From: Octopus sinensis
Taxonomy: Eukaryota
DNA: 64,000 nt
Direction: 5' to 3'
NCBI RefSeq assembly: GCF_006345805.1
Contig: NC_043001.1
Location: forward strand, 62,496,001-62,560,000
Part shown: positions 26,399 through 40,123 of the stretch, piece by piece
Layout: each line of letters starts with the position of its first letter
How positions within the stretch are numbered: the first letter of the stretch is position 1
The notes under the pieces: generated by a model
What the model was told of the DNA's origin: nothing
Databases searched by the model: none
What the model saw: only the letters and a program-made list of their open reading frames with translations
Program-made: the position numbers and the translations under genes

Positions 26399-27082
26399 GA
26401 AAGCACGTGGGTGAATATATAGAAAAAAGTAAAGAGTGAAAAAACTACAGAAGGCTTAAATGTTAAAAAATATATATATTTGCGTCAATATGTCTGAAGA
26501 ATATTAGAAAATTAAAAAAAAATTTTTTTTCTCTTATAATGACATAATTTAAAAGAAAGACCGGTTTCGCGTGTAGCTTTTCAAATTTCTTGCAACGTTA
26601 TGTTTATGTTGAATAGAGTTTCTGTTATGTTTATGTTCAGGAGAGTTCTAAATAAGGGAAGGTAGTGAGTGATTTCTTCCGGTGTAAGGGAGATAATCGC
26701 TTAAAAATTTTTTCCTTTCCCTTGGTGTGAATTTCTCTGTATCAGTATGTTCGGATGGTTGAGTCTGGGCTTGTACTTTTCAATGAAGAATGTTTCCTTG
26801 TTTAGTCTAATTTGTGTTGATGATCCGAAAGCACATTGGTAAAATGGAAAGATTAAAAATTGTGGTAGTAGTTGCTTTGCTCATTTCTCAATGTGCTCAC
26901 TAAAAGGTATCGTTCTATATTCTGGGAATGCAATTTGTTGTCGATGCAGTGTGCATCTATGTCTGAGTGATAGTCCCGTGGAACCCACGTAGTCTTGGTG
27001 GCAGCCCGAGCATTTCATGACATAAATTATGTTTTCAGAGGCACAAGTAAAGTTAGATTTGATCTTGAATTTCTGTCCCTCT
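26399..27082 (-). mobile_element. Inverted pLTR copy of the Penelope-like element (3' half of GIY-YIG plus 3' UTR)
   Basis: Reverse complement of ~28483-29165, plus ~40 extra terminal bases. Confidence 0.92.
26553..26591 (-). ncRNA. Minimal type I hammerhead, U3-A8 core variant (inverted copy)
   Basis: Reverse complement of 28996-29034. Confidence 0.55.
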
Positions 27083-29163
27083 TTAAAGAGGAATTCTGAT
27101 CCACAAAAAATAATGAAAACTCTTTCTTCATTAATTAAAACCCATGAAAAGGAACTAACAACCAAAGAGATTGACTTCCTAACAAACTTTAAATGCAAAC
27201 CTAGCCTTTTCTATGGTCTGCCAAAAATTCATAAAAGTCAAATTATAAATGAAACCATTAAAAAATCACCAAAGACATACATACACACACCTAACCCGGG
27301 GGACCTAAAACTACGACCCATTGGAGCTGGCCCAACCTGTGAAACACAGACTAAGTCTACTTATGGACATCCTCCTGAAACCCTTCCTTAAACATATCGA
27401 TAGCCATATCAGAGATGACTTAGATATGTTAAACCACCTTCCAAAAAAAGCCAAGGAAGAAACAATCCTGGTTTCATTTGATGTAGTTAACTTATATACC
27501 AGTATACCTCATAATTATGGACTGGAGGCAATACAGTTGTGGTTAGACCAATTTCCGGAAGAAATACCAAAAAGGATCAGTAAAGAATTCATTACTAAAT
27601 CAATTGAATTCATCCTACACAATAACCACTTCATGTTTGACAATACATTTTACCGTCAAAAATCCGGAATTGCTATGGGTACAAGGGCAGCACCAGTCAT
27701 TGCGAACTTAACAATGGGATACATGGAAATAATCATTTACCAGGAATCTTTATCAATCTTTGGAAACCCCCTCTCTCAATACATAAAAGAGAATTGGAAA
27801 TGATTCTTAGACGATTGTTTTATTCTCTGGAATGAAAACACTGATAAACTCCTAAAATTTAAAAACCTATTGAACAGCATAAACCCAAATATACAGTTCA
27901 CAATGGAATACAACCAAAAGGAGCTCCCGTTCTTGGATATACTAATTAAAAAAATTAACCTTAAAATAGAAACAGACATTTTTTACAAAGCCACAGACGC
28001 CAAACAATACCTTCTTTTTAATTCATGCCACCCAAGACACACTAAAACAAACATCCCCTTCAACCTTGCAAGAAGGATATGCACAATAGTGTCAGAACAA
28101 AATACCAGGAACTTTAGACTGCAAGAACTCAAAAACACCCTAATTGACAGACATTACCCAGCTCAACTCATAGAGGATGGGATCAGACGTGCAACAGAAA
28201 TCAACATAGAAACTTTAAGAAAAGTTCAACATAACAACACACCTTCCCCGAAAATACTACCTTACATATCTACATACAACCCCAGAAACAAAGAAGCCTT
28301 CACTATCATCACCCAGAATTTACCAATACTTCATAAAGACCCCAAATTAAAGGAAATTCTAAACATACAGCCTAAATCACTTAAAAAGATTCTCACAAAG
28401 GCAAAATAGTCTTCTGAAATTACGGATGCAAAAGTAAAAAAATGTGGTAGATCGAACTGTGCAACATGCCCTAACCTGCTAGAAGGATCAGAATTCCTCT
28501 TTAAAGAGGGACAGAAATTCAAGATCAAATCTAACTTTACTTGTGCCTCTGAAAACATAATTTATGTCATAAAATGCTCGGGCTGCCACCAAGACTACGT
28601 GGGTTCCACGGGACTATCACTCAGACGTAGATGCACACTGCATCGACAACAGATTGCATTCCCAGAATATAGAATGATACCTTTTAGTGAACACATTGAG
28701 AAATGCGCAAAGCAACTACTACCACAATTTTTAATCTTTCCATTTTACCAATGTGCTTTCGGATCATCAACACAAATTAGACTAAACAAGGAAACATTCT
28801 TCATTGAAAAGTACAAGCCCAGACTCAACCATCCGAACATACTGATACAGAGAAATTCACACCAAGGGAAAGGAAAAAATTTTTAAGCGATTATCTCCCT
28901 TACACCGGAAGAAATCACTCACTACCTTCCCTTATTTAGAACTCTCCTGAACATAAACATAACAAAAACTCTATTCAACATAAACATAACGTCGCAAGAA
29001 ATTTGAAAAGCTACACGCGAAACCGGTCTTTCTTTTAAATTATGTCATTATAAGAGAAAAAAATTTTTTTTTTTATTTTCTAATATTCTTCAGACATATT
29101 GACGCAAATATATATATTTTTTAACATTTAAGCCTTCTGTAGTTTTTTTCAGTCTTTACTTTT

Positions 29164-29165
<2 letters not shown>
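27083..29165 (+). mobile_element. Penelope-like element (RT + GIY-YIG endonuclease), 5'-truncated, possibly Neptune-type
   Basis: SFDVVNLYTSIPH, GIAMGTRAAPVIANL, W*FLDDCF, thumb KATDAKQYLLFNSCHP, Cys-rich linker CGRSNCATC, and IIYVIKC..C..DYVGSTG..LRRRCTLHRQQI. Two in-frame stops and a frameshift. Confidence 0.93.
28996..29034 (+). ncRNA. Minimal type I hammerhead, U3-A8 core variant
   Basis: aagaaa(t)-TTGAAAA-gc-tacac-gc-GAAA-ccgg-TC-tttctt. Stem III is palindromic (accggt); stem I needs one bulge. Confidence 0.55.
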
Positions 29166-29212
<47 letters not shown>

Positions 29213-29220
29213 TATTTATT

Positions 29221-30055
29221 TAATAATAGAAGGGTAAAATTTATTAATTAAATTAATTAATTAATTAATCAATTAATTCATAATTTTACCAAGTAGATCA
29301 GCACGTTAAAATAACCTTTATAGGTAAAATTATCCACATAATTATAATTAGGGTTCAGCTAATTGCTTCACCACATACCAAATTTAGAAATAGGAATTAA
29401 AATTCCTTTTTTGCTACTATAAGAATCTCCATGACGGTAAACATACTTTTTTACGAAGGCAAAGAGAAAAACAATGAATCAATACAAACAGGATTAACTA
29501 TATACGCGTTTCGAGATTAAAGTGATTTAAATTTTACTTACTTCCCTCTTCAGTATAATATTTCCAATTTATAAAATTTGAAAGTGCTAGTGCTGAATAT
29601 GCACACAACCAAGAATCATCATGTAACAGATATCCAACCAACACTTCCAAAATGTAAAGTTTCTTATAGTAGCAGACAAGGAATTTTAACTCCTATTTCT
29701 AAATTTGGTATGTGATGAAGCAATTAGCTAAACCCTAATTATAATTATGTGGATAATTTTACCTATAAAGGTTATTTTAATGTACCGATCTACTTGGTAA
29801 AATTATGAATTAATTGATTGATTAATTAATTAATTTAATTAATAAATTTTACCCTTCTATTATTGATTTGAAATTATAATTTACTCCACAATAGAATACT
29901 GCAGTTTTCTGCGGTATTGCTCATAGCATACATGTGGGTATAGAGTTTGAATAGGGTATTCACATTCGGCCCTGTAAATTTTGGAAGTGTTGGTTGGATA
30001 TCTGTTATATGATGATGCTTGATTGTGTGCATATTCAGCACTAGCACTTTAAAAT
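29221..30055. repeat. Double fold-back: 29221-29425 with 29661-29864, and 29575-29652 with 29975-30055
   Basis: Direct reverse-complement comparison; the arms differ mostly by substitutions. Confidence 0.85.
29497..29559 (-). ncRNA. Type I hammerhead ribozyme
   Basis: attata-CTGAAGA-ggga...tctc-GAAA-cgcg-TA-tatagt. Palindromic stem III (acgcgt), GUA triplet. Confidence 0.75.
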
Positions 30056-30069
30056 TCAGCCTAGCACTA

Positions 30070-31250
30070 CGGGACAGCTTACTGAGTGTCACAGACCAAG
30101 TCTGCAGATGGTGTAAAGTCCCTTCTAGACCTAGAGTGATGTAGTGGTGGAATAAGGTAGACAAAGCCATTTGAGCAAAGAAATAGGCCTCATAAGGGAA
30201 CTGTACCGGACAGCCAGAAGGGAGGCTGCGCGACAGGTATACATAGCCAAGGGCTAAGCAGAAGAGAAGTTTGCCAATGTCCAGTGACATGAGGACCAAA
30301 GAACTGAAGTATTTTGGATTGCAAGACAGTGTGTGAGAGAAGATAGTGCTATCACAGGAGAGAAATGCATCCGCATGGATGATGGTGCACTTGCATTTAA
30401 TGTTTCTGAAAAGAAAGAGGCTTGGAGTAGCCATTATGAAAGACTGCTGAACGTGGAGAATGAATAGGAGGAGAAGAGCCTACCAAATGTTGACCCAGTA
30501 GAGGGACCAGCTATCTGAATAGACAGCACCCTGGTAGATAAAGCAATTAGGAGTATGAAGCCAGGAAAAGCCCCTGGCCCATCAAGAATCACTGCTGAGA
30601 TGATTAAAACATCTGGTGGTGAGGGCTATTGCCTAGACAACTGCATTGTAAACCAGGTAGTTCATGATGGAGTCATACCCAATGACTGGCGTAGCAACAC
30701 CATAATCAGCTGCTACAAGGGTAAACGTGATGCTTTAGATAGAAATAACTACAGGGGTATCAAACTCCTGGATCAGGTGATGAAGGTCATAGAGAGGGTC
30801 ATAGCCCAACTGATTAGAGAGAGAGTCTGCTTAGATGAGATGCAGTTCAGTTTTGTGCCAGGTAAAAGCACCATTGATGCTGTATTCCTGGTGCAGCAAC
30901 TGCAGGAGAAATGCCTAGCCAAAGATAAACCCCTATACTTGGCTTTTGTGGACTTGGAGAAAGCTTTTGACAGGGTCCCCTATCCCTTATATGGTGGGCA
31001 AAACAGAAAATGGGAATTGATGAATGGTTAATAAAGGCTGTACAGGCTCTATACAGAGATGCCGTTAGTAAGGTTAGGGTTGGCAATGAGTATAGTGAAG
31101 AATTACGGATAGAAGTAGAGGTCCACCAAGGATCAGCCCTCAGTCCCCTTTATTCAACGTAATCCTCCAGGAAATAACAGAGGAATTCAAGACAGGTTGC
31201 CCCTGAGAGCTCCTCTATGCTGATGACCTGATCCTCATAGCAGAATCTCT
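30070..31250 (+). mobile_element. RTE LINE fragment (linker plus RT), degenerate
   Basis: MKPGKAPGPS, NYRGIKLL, QFSFVPGKSTIDA, AFVDLEKAFDRVP, VHQGSALSP, LLYADDL. Confidence 0.9.
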
Positions 31251-31795
31251 CACCAGACAATGATAAAAAGAAATCTAGACAATTTTTTGAAAAATAACAT
31301 TTATTGAAACAAGAACCCCCACCCCCCCACTTGGAGTTGCGACTTGGTTTTGCCATTTTTAAAGGCCAAGAATCACTTTCTATTGAAAGAACTGACCAGC
31401 TGTATAGAAGTAAACACATTTTTTCTTCTTTCTCTCTTCCTTCTTCCTCTCCTCTTTTCCATTGACACTTCTTTCAGATACAAAGGCACACACACACATA
31501 CACATGCACTCTCTCTCACTTTCTCCGCATTCCACACCCTCTTTTACTATCCTGTATCTCTCTCCACCCCTACACACTCAATAATACTATAAAAAGAAAC
31601 AAATCTCCTGAAAAAATTCAATCTGAAGAATCATATATATATGATTTATAAAAACATATGACATATTAATATAAATCTGTAAATTTAAAACCATCCAGAT
31701 TTCTGAGTACCTTATTTCTTCTAATATATAATATCTGTACATCACCTCCAAACCTTCTAATATATACATACATATTTACACATACATATATATAT

Positions 31796-31850
<55 letters not shown>

Positions 31851-32059
31851 ATATATACATAGATGTGTGTATTTTTCCCTTGTTAACAGTTAACACGGAA
31901 AAATTAGATAGATAGTTAGTAGGGTAGCAAAAAATCACACAAGTAAAAAGGTTGTAATTCCTTGTTTTTAAAGGTAGAGACTTTGGGTTTACATGAAATT
32001 TTTGTATAATATATAAATTAATAAATGGAGTTTAACGCAGGTGTAATTCAAATTCTTTT

Positions 32060-32148
32060 ACTTCCAACACATGTTTCGAAGATATCACTGATATTATTCC
32101 AAAGGAATAAAATGGTGTAAAACAATGTAATCTTATCTTCAGGGAAGT
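32060..32148 (-). ncRNA. Degenerate hammerhead-like motif
   Basis: acttcc-CTGAAGA-[long hairpin]-GAAA-catg-T-G-tt-ggaagt. Position 17 is G, which is non-canonical. Confidence 0.4.
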
Positions 32149-32344
32149 GAAGAAATGAAACTTGTCAATAAGACATTTTAACAGAAAATGATGGATATGA
32201 ATAGTGATTAACTGAACGCTATTAATATTGTTTCAAAAAACTTTATAGGATATAATGTTGACACTTTCAATGATAAGGCCGAATTTTATAACTCTGCCTT
32301 ATTTAAAGCAGAGTTAAAGAATTTGAATTACACCTGCGTTAAAC

Positions 32345-32402
32345 TCCATTTATCTATTTATATATACATACACATATATACAAACGTACATATATATATA
32401 CA

Positions 32403-32438
<36 letters not shown>

Positions 32439-32549
32439 CATACATACATGTATATATATACACACATATATATATATATACATACATACATATATATACA
32501 TACATACATATATATATATACATACATATATATATACATATATATATAC

Positions 32550-32599
<50 letters not shown>

Positions 32600-32672
32600 G
32601 TATATATATATATATATGTATATGTATATATATATATGTATATATATATATGTATGTATATATGTATGTATG

Positions 32673-32705
<33 letters not shown>

Positions 32706-32990
32706 GTATATATATATGTATGTAATATATATATGTATATATATATATATATGTATGTATATATATATATATGTATGTATATATATATATATAATGTATG
32801 TATATATATATATATGTATGTATATATATATATGTATGTATATATATTGTATATAAGAAAAAGGGACAAGCAACAGGTTGCTTGTCCCTTTTTCTTATAT
32901 ACAATATATATACTGAACTTTACAGAAGTACCTGTTGCTTGTCCCTTTTTCTTATATACAATATATATACTGAACTTTACAGAAGTTCCT
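32345..32990. repeat. Microsatellite palindrome followed by a perfect hairpin and a ~60-bp tandem repeat
   Basis: ATAC polarity flips to GTAT near 32580. tatattgtatataagaaaaagggacaagcaac is followed by its reverse complement; gttgcttgtccc...ctgaactttacagaagt occurs twice. Confidence 0.85.
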
Positions 32991-33175
32991 GCCGGTAATC
33001 GGCTATATTTACATACCGAATTCTACCAGTAAATAATTGTGGTTTTTTTAAAAACCTTTATAGAAATTATTTACTCTTATTATTATATGTATGTATATAT
33101 ATATATGTACGTATATATATATATGTATATATATATATGTATATATATATATATGTATATATATATATGTATATA

Positions 33176-36100
33176 TATTCGCTCAGATGGAGCGAAAGAG
33201 ACAGGAATTCGTGCGCTCATATGCGCTTGTACGGTCGCACATTGGCGCACCTGATGCCATCTTTGAGAACGAGCGGGGCAAAGATGGCAAGAATGGAGAC
33301 GATGAAAGAAGTCACCCCCACCTGGTGGACGCCCAGGAGGAGGTTTTGAATGAGAAACCTGCCCGGGAAGTGAACCCAGGTGCAAGTTCTCCAACCGGCA
33401 GCAAGGGCCATGGAGACGGAGAACCCGGTGAAGAGGTAGAGGGAGGAAGAAGAACTAAAAGAAGGACTGGAAGAGCTAAAGGAAAAGAAAAAGCTCAAGC
33501 AGGACCAAAGAGTGAAACAACCAGGAATAGAAGTGGAACCGCAAAGGATGGAACCAACAGCGCACACGGGTGTGTATGTTCTACCTGAGAGGTTCCTGCT
33601 GGCACGGAAAGGAAGGTGCAGGCTGCCGCTTTGCACATCGGGGACCCTGCCACAAGACACGAGGCAGATGGACAAACCATCAACACAAAGAAAAGGGATG
33701 GACCACGCACCACCTTCCCCAAAGCGGAGGTACGCAGATGTTGTGCGCGCCACAAACAGCCAACATGATGTTGTCGAAAGAGCAGCTGCTGAGCAACAAT
33801 CTTTTTTGTGCATGGCACAAAAGATTGTACAGCAGCTGACCTGGCTTCATCAAACCCAAGCCCGCAGGTGGGACTACCCACTATATACCAGACCACCACA
33901 GCAAACAGACACAGGATGGACACCGCCGGCAACAACGTACACCTCACCTCGATACTCCTACTGAACATCAGAGGACTGCAAACACTCAGTAACAGGACAA
34001 AGATCCCGTTCCTGAGAGACTTTGTTGCATGCAATCAAGCCTTATGCATAGGACTTACAGAAACGCACCTGAAACCGGACATAGCAGATGCGGAGTTACA
34101 CATACCACAGTATGCTGTACTACGGACCGACAGGAAAGAAAGGAGTCATGGAGGTGTTGCTATGTACATCCGTGAGGACCTCACACCCCAGGTCCTCTTG
34201 TCATACTCAAACTCGGTGTGTGACACACTAATTGTACATATTAGGCAACTTGATGTAGTTGTGTGTGCTACATATCGCCCTCCAGATGCCCCAAGCCATG
34301 TGGGCAAGTTTGAAGACTGCCTTATAAAAATAGAAGAAATTCTAACCACATTAGAACAACACATAGGTGTGCTTCTTATGGAGACTTCAATCTGCCCAAT
34401 GTCAGATGGCCCGAGGGCCTTTCTCTCCCAGAATGACAAGATGTGAACGAGGACAGGCGAGGTCCCTCCTGAACCTCATCAACACCCAGTACATGGAGCA
34501 GGTAATACTCCAACCAACCAGGGCAGGAAACACACTGGATCTCTGCTTCACAAATGACATGGATCTCATCCATAATGTGAAAGTGACACCGACACTACTC
34601 TCGGATCACAACATGATAGAGCTAACCATGTACGGGCCAAAAGAGAGCACGGACATGCAGCCTACAAGAAACCCTCAAAATCTTTCCAGCTTGAACTACC
34701 ATAAGGCAAACTGGAAACAAATTGAGAAAGAGATCCTCAAACAAAACTGGCCTAAATGTCTCTCCTCGCCAGACATCGACGTGAAACTTCAACAATTCAT
34801 GTCTGTAATGCAAGCCATATGCTACAAATGTGTCCCAGAGAGAAAGGCCACTGTACACAAGAACAAAATCCCCAGAGAGAGGAAAATTTTAATGAGACGG
34901 CGTACGAAATTTTCAAATCGCCTAAAAACAGATTGAAAGCAGTGAAAAGTCCCGCCTAAAAATAAAACTGTTGGAAATCGAAAAATGTCTGCAACTCTCC
35001 CATGAAAAAGAAAGAGCAGACAAAGAAGCCTGGGCTATAGAAAACATAAAATCTAACACCAGAGCTTTCTACAGGTATGCCAAAGAAACAGCTACAGTGC
35101 ACTGTAGAATAGGGCCACTCCTCGAAAAGGATGGCACAATTACAGGAAAACCAATGAGGGTAAGTGAAATACTGAATGAGCAATTCAAGAGTGTTTTCAC
35201 TCCAGCCCTTGGGCATTTCCAAATCACCAATCCAACTGACTTTTTTACCACTGCAGATATAAAATCAGAGGCGGCGACGATAGATTACATCGATATAAAG
35301 GAAGAAGATGTAACCAAGGCTATAGATGAAATGAAAACAGACTCAGCTACTGGCCCCGATGGATTCCCGGCAATCCTCCTAAAAGCATGTAAGAGAGTCC
35401 TAGCAAGACCACTGCAGTTCCTCTTTCAGAGCTTCCTTGCAGCTGGCAAACTTCCAGGAAAACTGAAGGAAGGTAAAATATGCCCCATTCATAAAGGAGG
35501 TAGCAGAGCGGAAGCCAAGAACTATAGACCTATCTCTCTGACCTCACACATCAGCAAGGTCAAGGAACGAATAGTCAGAAGGAAGCTGATCACCTTCCTT
35601 GAAGAGAATGACTTGCTGCCCGACACCCAACATGGTTTCCGACCAGGGAGAAGCTGTTTAACTCAGCTCCTACAACACTATGACTGGGTGCTGAAACGGC
35701 TGCTCAACCACTCAAATGTGGAAGTGATATATCTCGACTTTGCAAAGGCCTTTGATAAAGTCGATCATGGAATGATATGTCACAAACTGCGTGATCTCAA
35801 CATAGTTGGAAAACTGGGAGAATGGCTTCATGACTTTCTGAAGGATAGAAGTCAGGTGGTAGTAGCCAATGGGGCCACCTCCATTAACACACAAATAGTG
35901 AGCGGTGTTCCGCAGGGCACTGTTCTGGGACCACTACTGTTCATAATGGCCCTCTCAGACATGCCCTCAGCCACGCAGAGAGCCACGATCACAAGTTATG
36001 CAGATGATACAAAAGTTTCACAGGCAATACAGAACCCTGAGGACACTAAACACCTGCAATGTGAGCTGGACGAAATATACAAGTGGGCTGAAAAGAATAG

Positions 36101-36986
36101 CATGCAGTTCAATGCTGGAAAGTTTCAAGCTTTATACTATCAGCATGCAAAACTGAATGCAATACCCACGAATACACTGGACCCGGAGGGATTGCAATCC
36201 CAGAGGCACAATCAGTGCGTGACCTGGGTATTCACATGAGTGATGACGCGACCTTTCATGTACATGTTGCTAAACTGACAATGAAATGTAGACGGCTGGC
36301 TGGATGGATTCTTAGAACCTTTAGAACAAGAGAACAAGAAACCATGATGGTCCTCTGGAAGACACTTGTCCTAAGCCACTTTGACTATTGCTCTCAGCTA
36401 TGGTCACCATCCAGTGTCAAGTTGATCACAGAACTTGAGGCGATCCAACGAAGCTACGCAAGAAGATAGCCTCTATGCAGAATGTAAGCTACTGGGAAAG
36501 ACTCAAGAGATTAAAATTATATTCCCTGGAGCGTAGGCGGGAAAGATATGCCATAATATACATCTGGAAGATCCTGGAGGGACGTGTCCTGAACTTTGGC
36601 ATCGAGAGTTACGCAAATGCCAGAACTGGGCGCCACTGTGTGGTGCCTAGGACTCCAAACCTGCCATCAAGATGTAGGACAAGATTCTGTGATAGCCTGG
36701 GCTTCCAAGGCCCACAGCTCTTCAATATCCTCCCGAAGAACCTGAGAGACCTGCATGGGGTGGATACAGATGTCTTTAAAATGAAGCTGGATCTCTTCCT
36801 GTCAGGTGTCCCAGATGAACCAACTTCACGGCAGGAGGGGCAGATGAGGGCAGCTGCATCGAACTCTCTCATGCACCAAATAGCAGTTGCTAGAAAGCCT
36901 CCATGAAGTGAAACCAAGTAGCAACACCAAATGGCGGTGCCCCAGCATGGCCACAGCTCATAGGCTGAAACTAGAATCAATCAATC
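33176..36986 (+). mobile_element. CR1/L2-group LINE: partial ORF1 (CCCH finger) plus ORF2 (APE + RT), several frameshifts
   Basis: APE motifs LLNIRGL, IGLTETHL, YRPP and GNTLDL, SDH; RT motifs NYRPISLTS, QHGFRPGRSC, YLDFAKAFDKV, GVPQGTVLGPLLF, YADD; (TCAA)n tail; flanked by (AT)n. Confidence 0.95.
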
Positions 36987-37007
36987 ATATATATATATAT
37001 ATATATA

Positions 37008-37064
<57 letters not shown>

Positions 37065-37088
37065 ATATATATATAATATATATATATG

Positions 37089-37142
<54 letters not shown>

Positions 37143-37158
37143 TTTATTATATAGAAGG

Positions 37159-37209
37159 AGCTTCTACAGGACTAGAACTGTTTCATTCAAGAGAAATCTT
37201 CAGGAAGCT
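37159..37209 (-). ncRNA. Type I hammerhead ribozyme (F1, CUGAAGA core)
   Basis: Same fold as 10361-10411. Confidence 0.83.
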
Positions 37210-37691
37210 AGTTAACAAGAATTGTATTGGCATTTATACATTTAGGCAGGTTTAAAGGGGTGTTGGTGGGGGACTTTTTGGGGGTAGGCATAGTGCAAAA
37301 AATCATACTTGGGGGAGTGGTCAAGGAGTCAGTGTTAAATTAGATAGGAGAATAAATAAAAAATAAAAAATAAAAAATAAAAAATAAAAAATAAAAAAAT
37401 ATAAAAAAATAAAAATAAAAAAAATTTTTTTTTATTTTTTATTTTTTATTTTTTATTTTTTATTTATTTATTTATTTATTTATTTTTTTTTTATTTTATT
37501 ATTTTTTTTTTATTATTTTATATTTTTTTATTTTTTATTTTTTATTTATTCTCCTATCTAATTTAACACTGACTCCTTGACCACTCCCCCAAGTATGATT
37601 TTTTGCGCTATGCCTACCCCCAAAAAGTCCCCCACCAACACCCCTTTAAACCTGCCTAAATGTATAAATGCCAATACAATTCTTGTTAAAT

Positions 37692-37742
37692 AGCTTCCTG
37701 AAGATTTCTCTTGAATGAAACAGTTCTAGTCCTGTAGAAGCT
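37692..37742 (+). ncRNA. Type I hammerhead ribozyme (F1)
   Basis: agcttc-CTGAAGA-tttctcttgaat-GAAA-cag-ttctagtc-ctg-TA-gaagct. Confidence 0.83.
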
Positions 37743-37854
37743 CCTTCTATATAATAAATTAATTTTACTCTGCTATGTATTGAGTACCTTATTTACTGTG
37801 GTTAACCCCGAATCAACCCGGGACCTACATATATATATATATATATAATATATG

Positions 37855-37886
<32 letters not shown>

Positions 37887-37958
37887 ATGTATATATATAT
37901 ATATTATATATATATATATATATATAGATATATATATATATAATATATTATATATATA

Positions 37959-38040
<82 letters not shown>

Positions 38041-38051
38041 TATATAGAAGG

Positions 38052-38102
38052 AGCTTCTACAGGACTAGTACTGTTTCATTCAAGAGAAATCTTCAGGAAG
38101 CT
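38052..38102 (-). ncRNA. Type I hammerhead ribozyme (F1)
   Basis: Same fold; loop III variant tactagtc is shared with its partner. Confidence 0.83.
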
Positions 38103-39150
38103 ATTTAACAAGAATTGTATTAGCATTTATACATTTAGGCAGGTTTAAAGGAGTGGTGGTGGGGGACTTTTTTGGGGGTAGGCATAGCGCAAAATATCAT
38201 ACTTGGGGGAGTGGTCAAGGAGTCAGTGGTAAGTTAGATGAAAGAATAGATAAATAAAAAAATAAAAAATAAAAAATAAAAAATAAAAAAATTAAAAAAA
38301 TTAAAATGTGTGCACATACATACATAAACACATATACATACACACACACATACTACACATGTGTGCTATACATACCTACACATACACACATACACATACA
38401 TATACATATACATATACATACACATACATATACATATACATACGTATATATACATACATATATATATATATATATATACACAATCCAATACAGGCCCATT
38501 CCCTAATTTTAATTTATTATCTTCATTTATTACTTTTGTTATCTTTGATCGCTAGAGCTAAGGATCCTGGCGATGGCAGCATGTCCAAATTGTCTGTCTA
38601 CTAGAAGGCAAGTACTCGTTCCCGCACGCACACTCATTAGCACGTACATACACCCATTCGTACACTCATACACATACACGTACGCACGCGTCATATTCAT
38701 ACATACATCTACATACGTTCACGTATATACACATACGTACTCGTACCTACAGATTCATGTCTACACTTTAGGAGGCTAGTCTATATATATACACCAATAA
38801 ATATACATATATATATATATATATACACACATATATATACACATATACACATACACACACACACACACATATATATACTCCTACATACAGATACATACCT
38901 ATATATATATATATATATATATATATACCCACACATACATGTACATATATACATATATATACATATACATACATACACATATATATATACATATACATAC
39001 GTATATATACATACATACATACATACACACACACCCATATATATACACACACATACATACACATATATATACACATACACAAAAACATATTACATTGTTG
39101 TGTATGTGTATATATATGTGTATGTATGTGTATATATATGTGTATATATA

Positions 39151-39181
<31 letters not shown>

Positions 39182-40072
39182 ATATACGTATGTATATGTA
39201 TATATATATGTGTATGTATGTATATGTATATATATGTATATGTATATGTATGTGTATGTATATGTATATATATATATATGTATGTATATATGTATGTGTA
39301 TGTATATGTATATGTATGTGTATGTGTGTATGTGTATATATATGTATATATATGTATATATATATATATATATGTATATTTATTGGTGTATATATATAGA
39401 CTAGCCTCCTAAAGTGTAGACATGAATCTGTAGGTACGAGTACGTATGTGTATATACGTGAACGTATGTAGATGTATGTATGAATATGACGCGTGCGTAC
39501 GTGTATGTGTATGAGTGTACGAATGGGTGTATGTACGTGCTAATGAGTGTGCGTGCGGGAACGAGTACTTGCCTTCTAGTAGACAGACAATTTGGACATG
39601 CTGCCATCGCCAGGATCCTTAGCTCTAGCGATCAAAGATAACAAAAGTAATAAATGAAGATAATAAAATTAAAATTAGGGAATGGGCCTGTATTGGATTG
39701 TGTATATATATATATGTATGTATATATATATATGTATGTATATATGTATGTGTATGTATATGTATATGTATATGTATGTGTATGTGTGTATGTGTAGGTA
39801 TGTATAGGCACACATGTGTACGTATGTGTGTGTGTATGTATATGTGTTTATGTATGTATGTGCACACATTTTAATTTTTTTTATTTTTTTATTTTTTATT
39901 TTTTATTTTTTATTTTTTTATTTATCTATTCTTTCATCTAACTTACCACTGACTCCTTGACCACTCCCCCAAGTATGATATTTTGCGCTATGCCTACCCC
40001 CAAAAAAGTCCCCCACCACCACTCCTTTAAACCTGCCTAAATGTATAAATGCTAATACAATTCTTGTTAAAT

Positions 40073-40123
40073 AGCTTCCTGAAGATTTCTCTTGAATGAA
40101 ACAGTACTAGTCCTGTAGAAGCT
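40073..40123 (+). ncRNA. Type I hammerhead ribozyme (F1)
   Basis: agcttc-CTGAAGA-tttctcttgaat-GAAA-cag-tactagtc-ctg-TA-gaagct. Confidence 0.83.

Larger units (their letters stand above)
37142..37827. mobile_element. Short hammerhead-bearing palindromic element P2 (family F1)
   Basis: ~37142-37420 is inverted at ~37425-37760; the right arm continues to cccgggaccta then (AT)n. Confidence 0.8.

Noticed and set aside
29700-29750. Additional hammerhead-like motif tgatga-agc-aatta-gct-aaa
   Set aside because: Lacks C3 and an intact GAAA in both arms, and stems I and III do not form.
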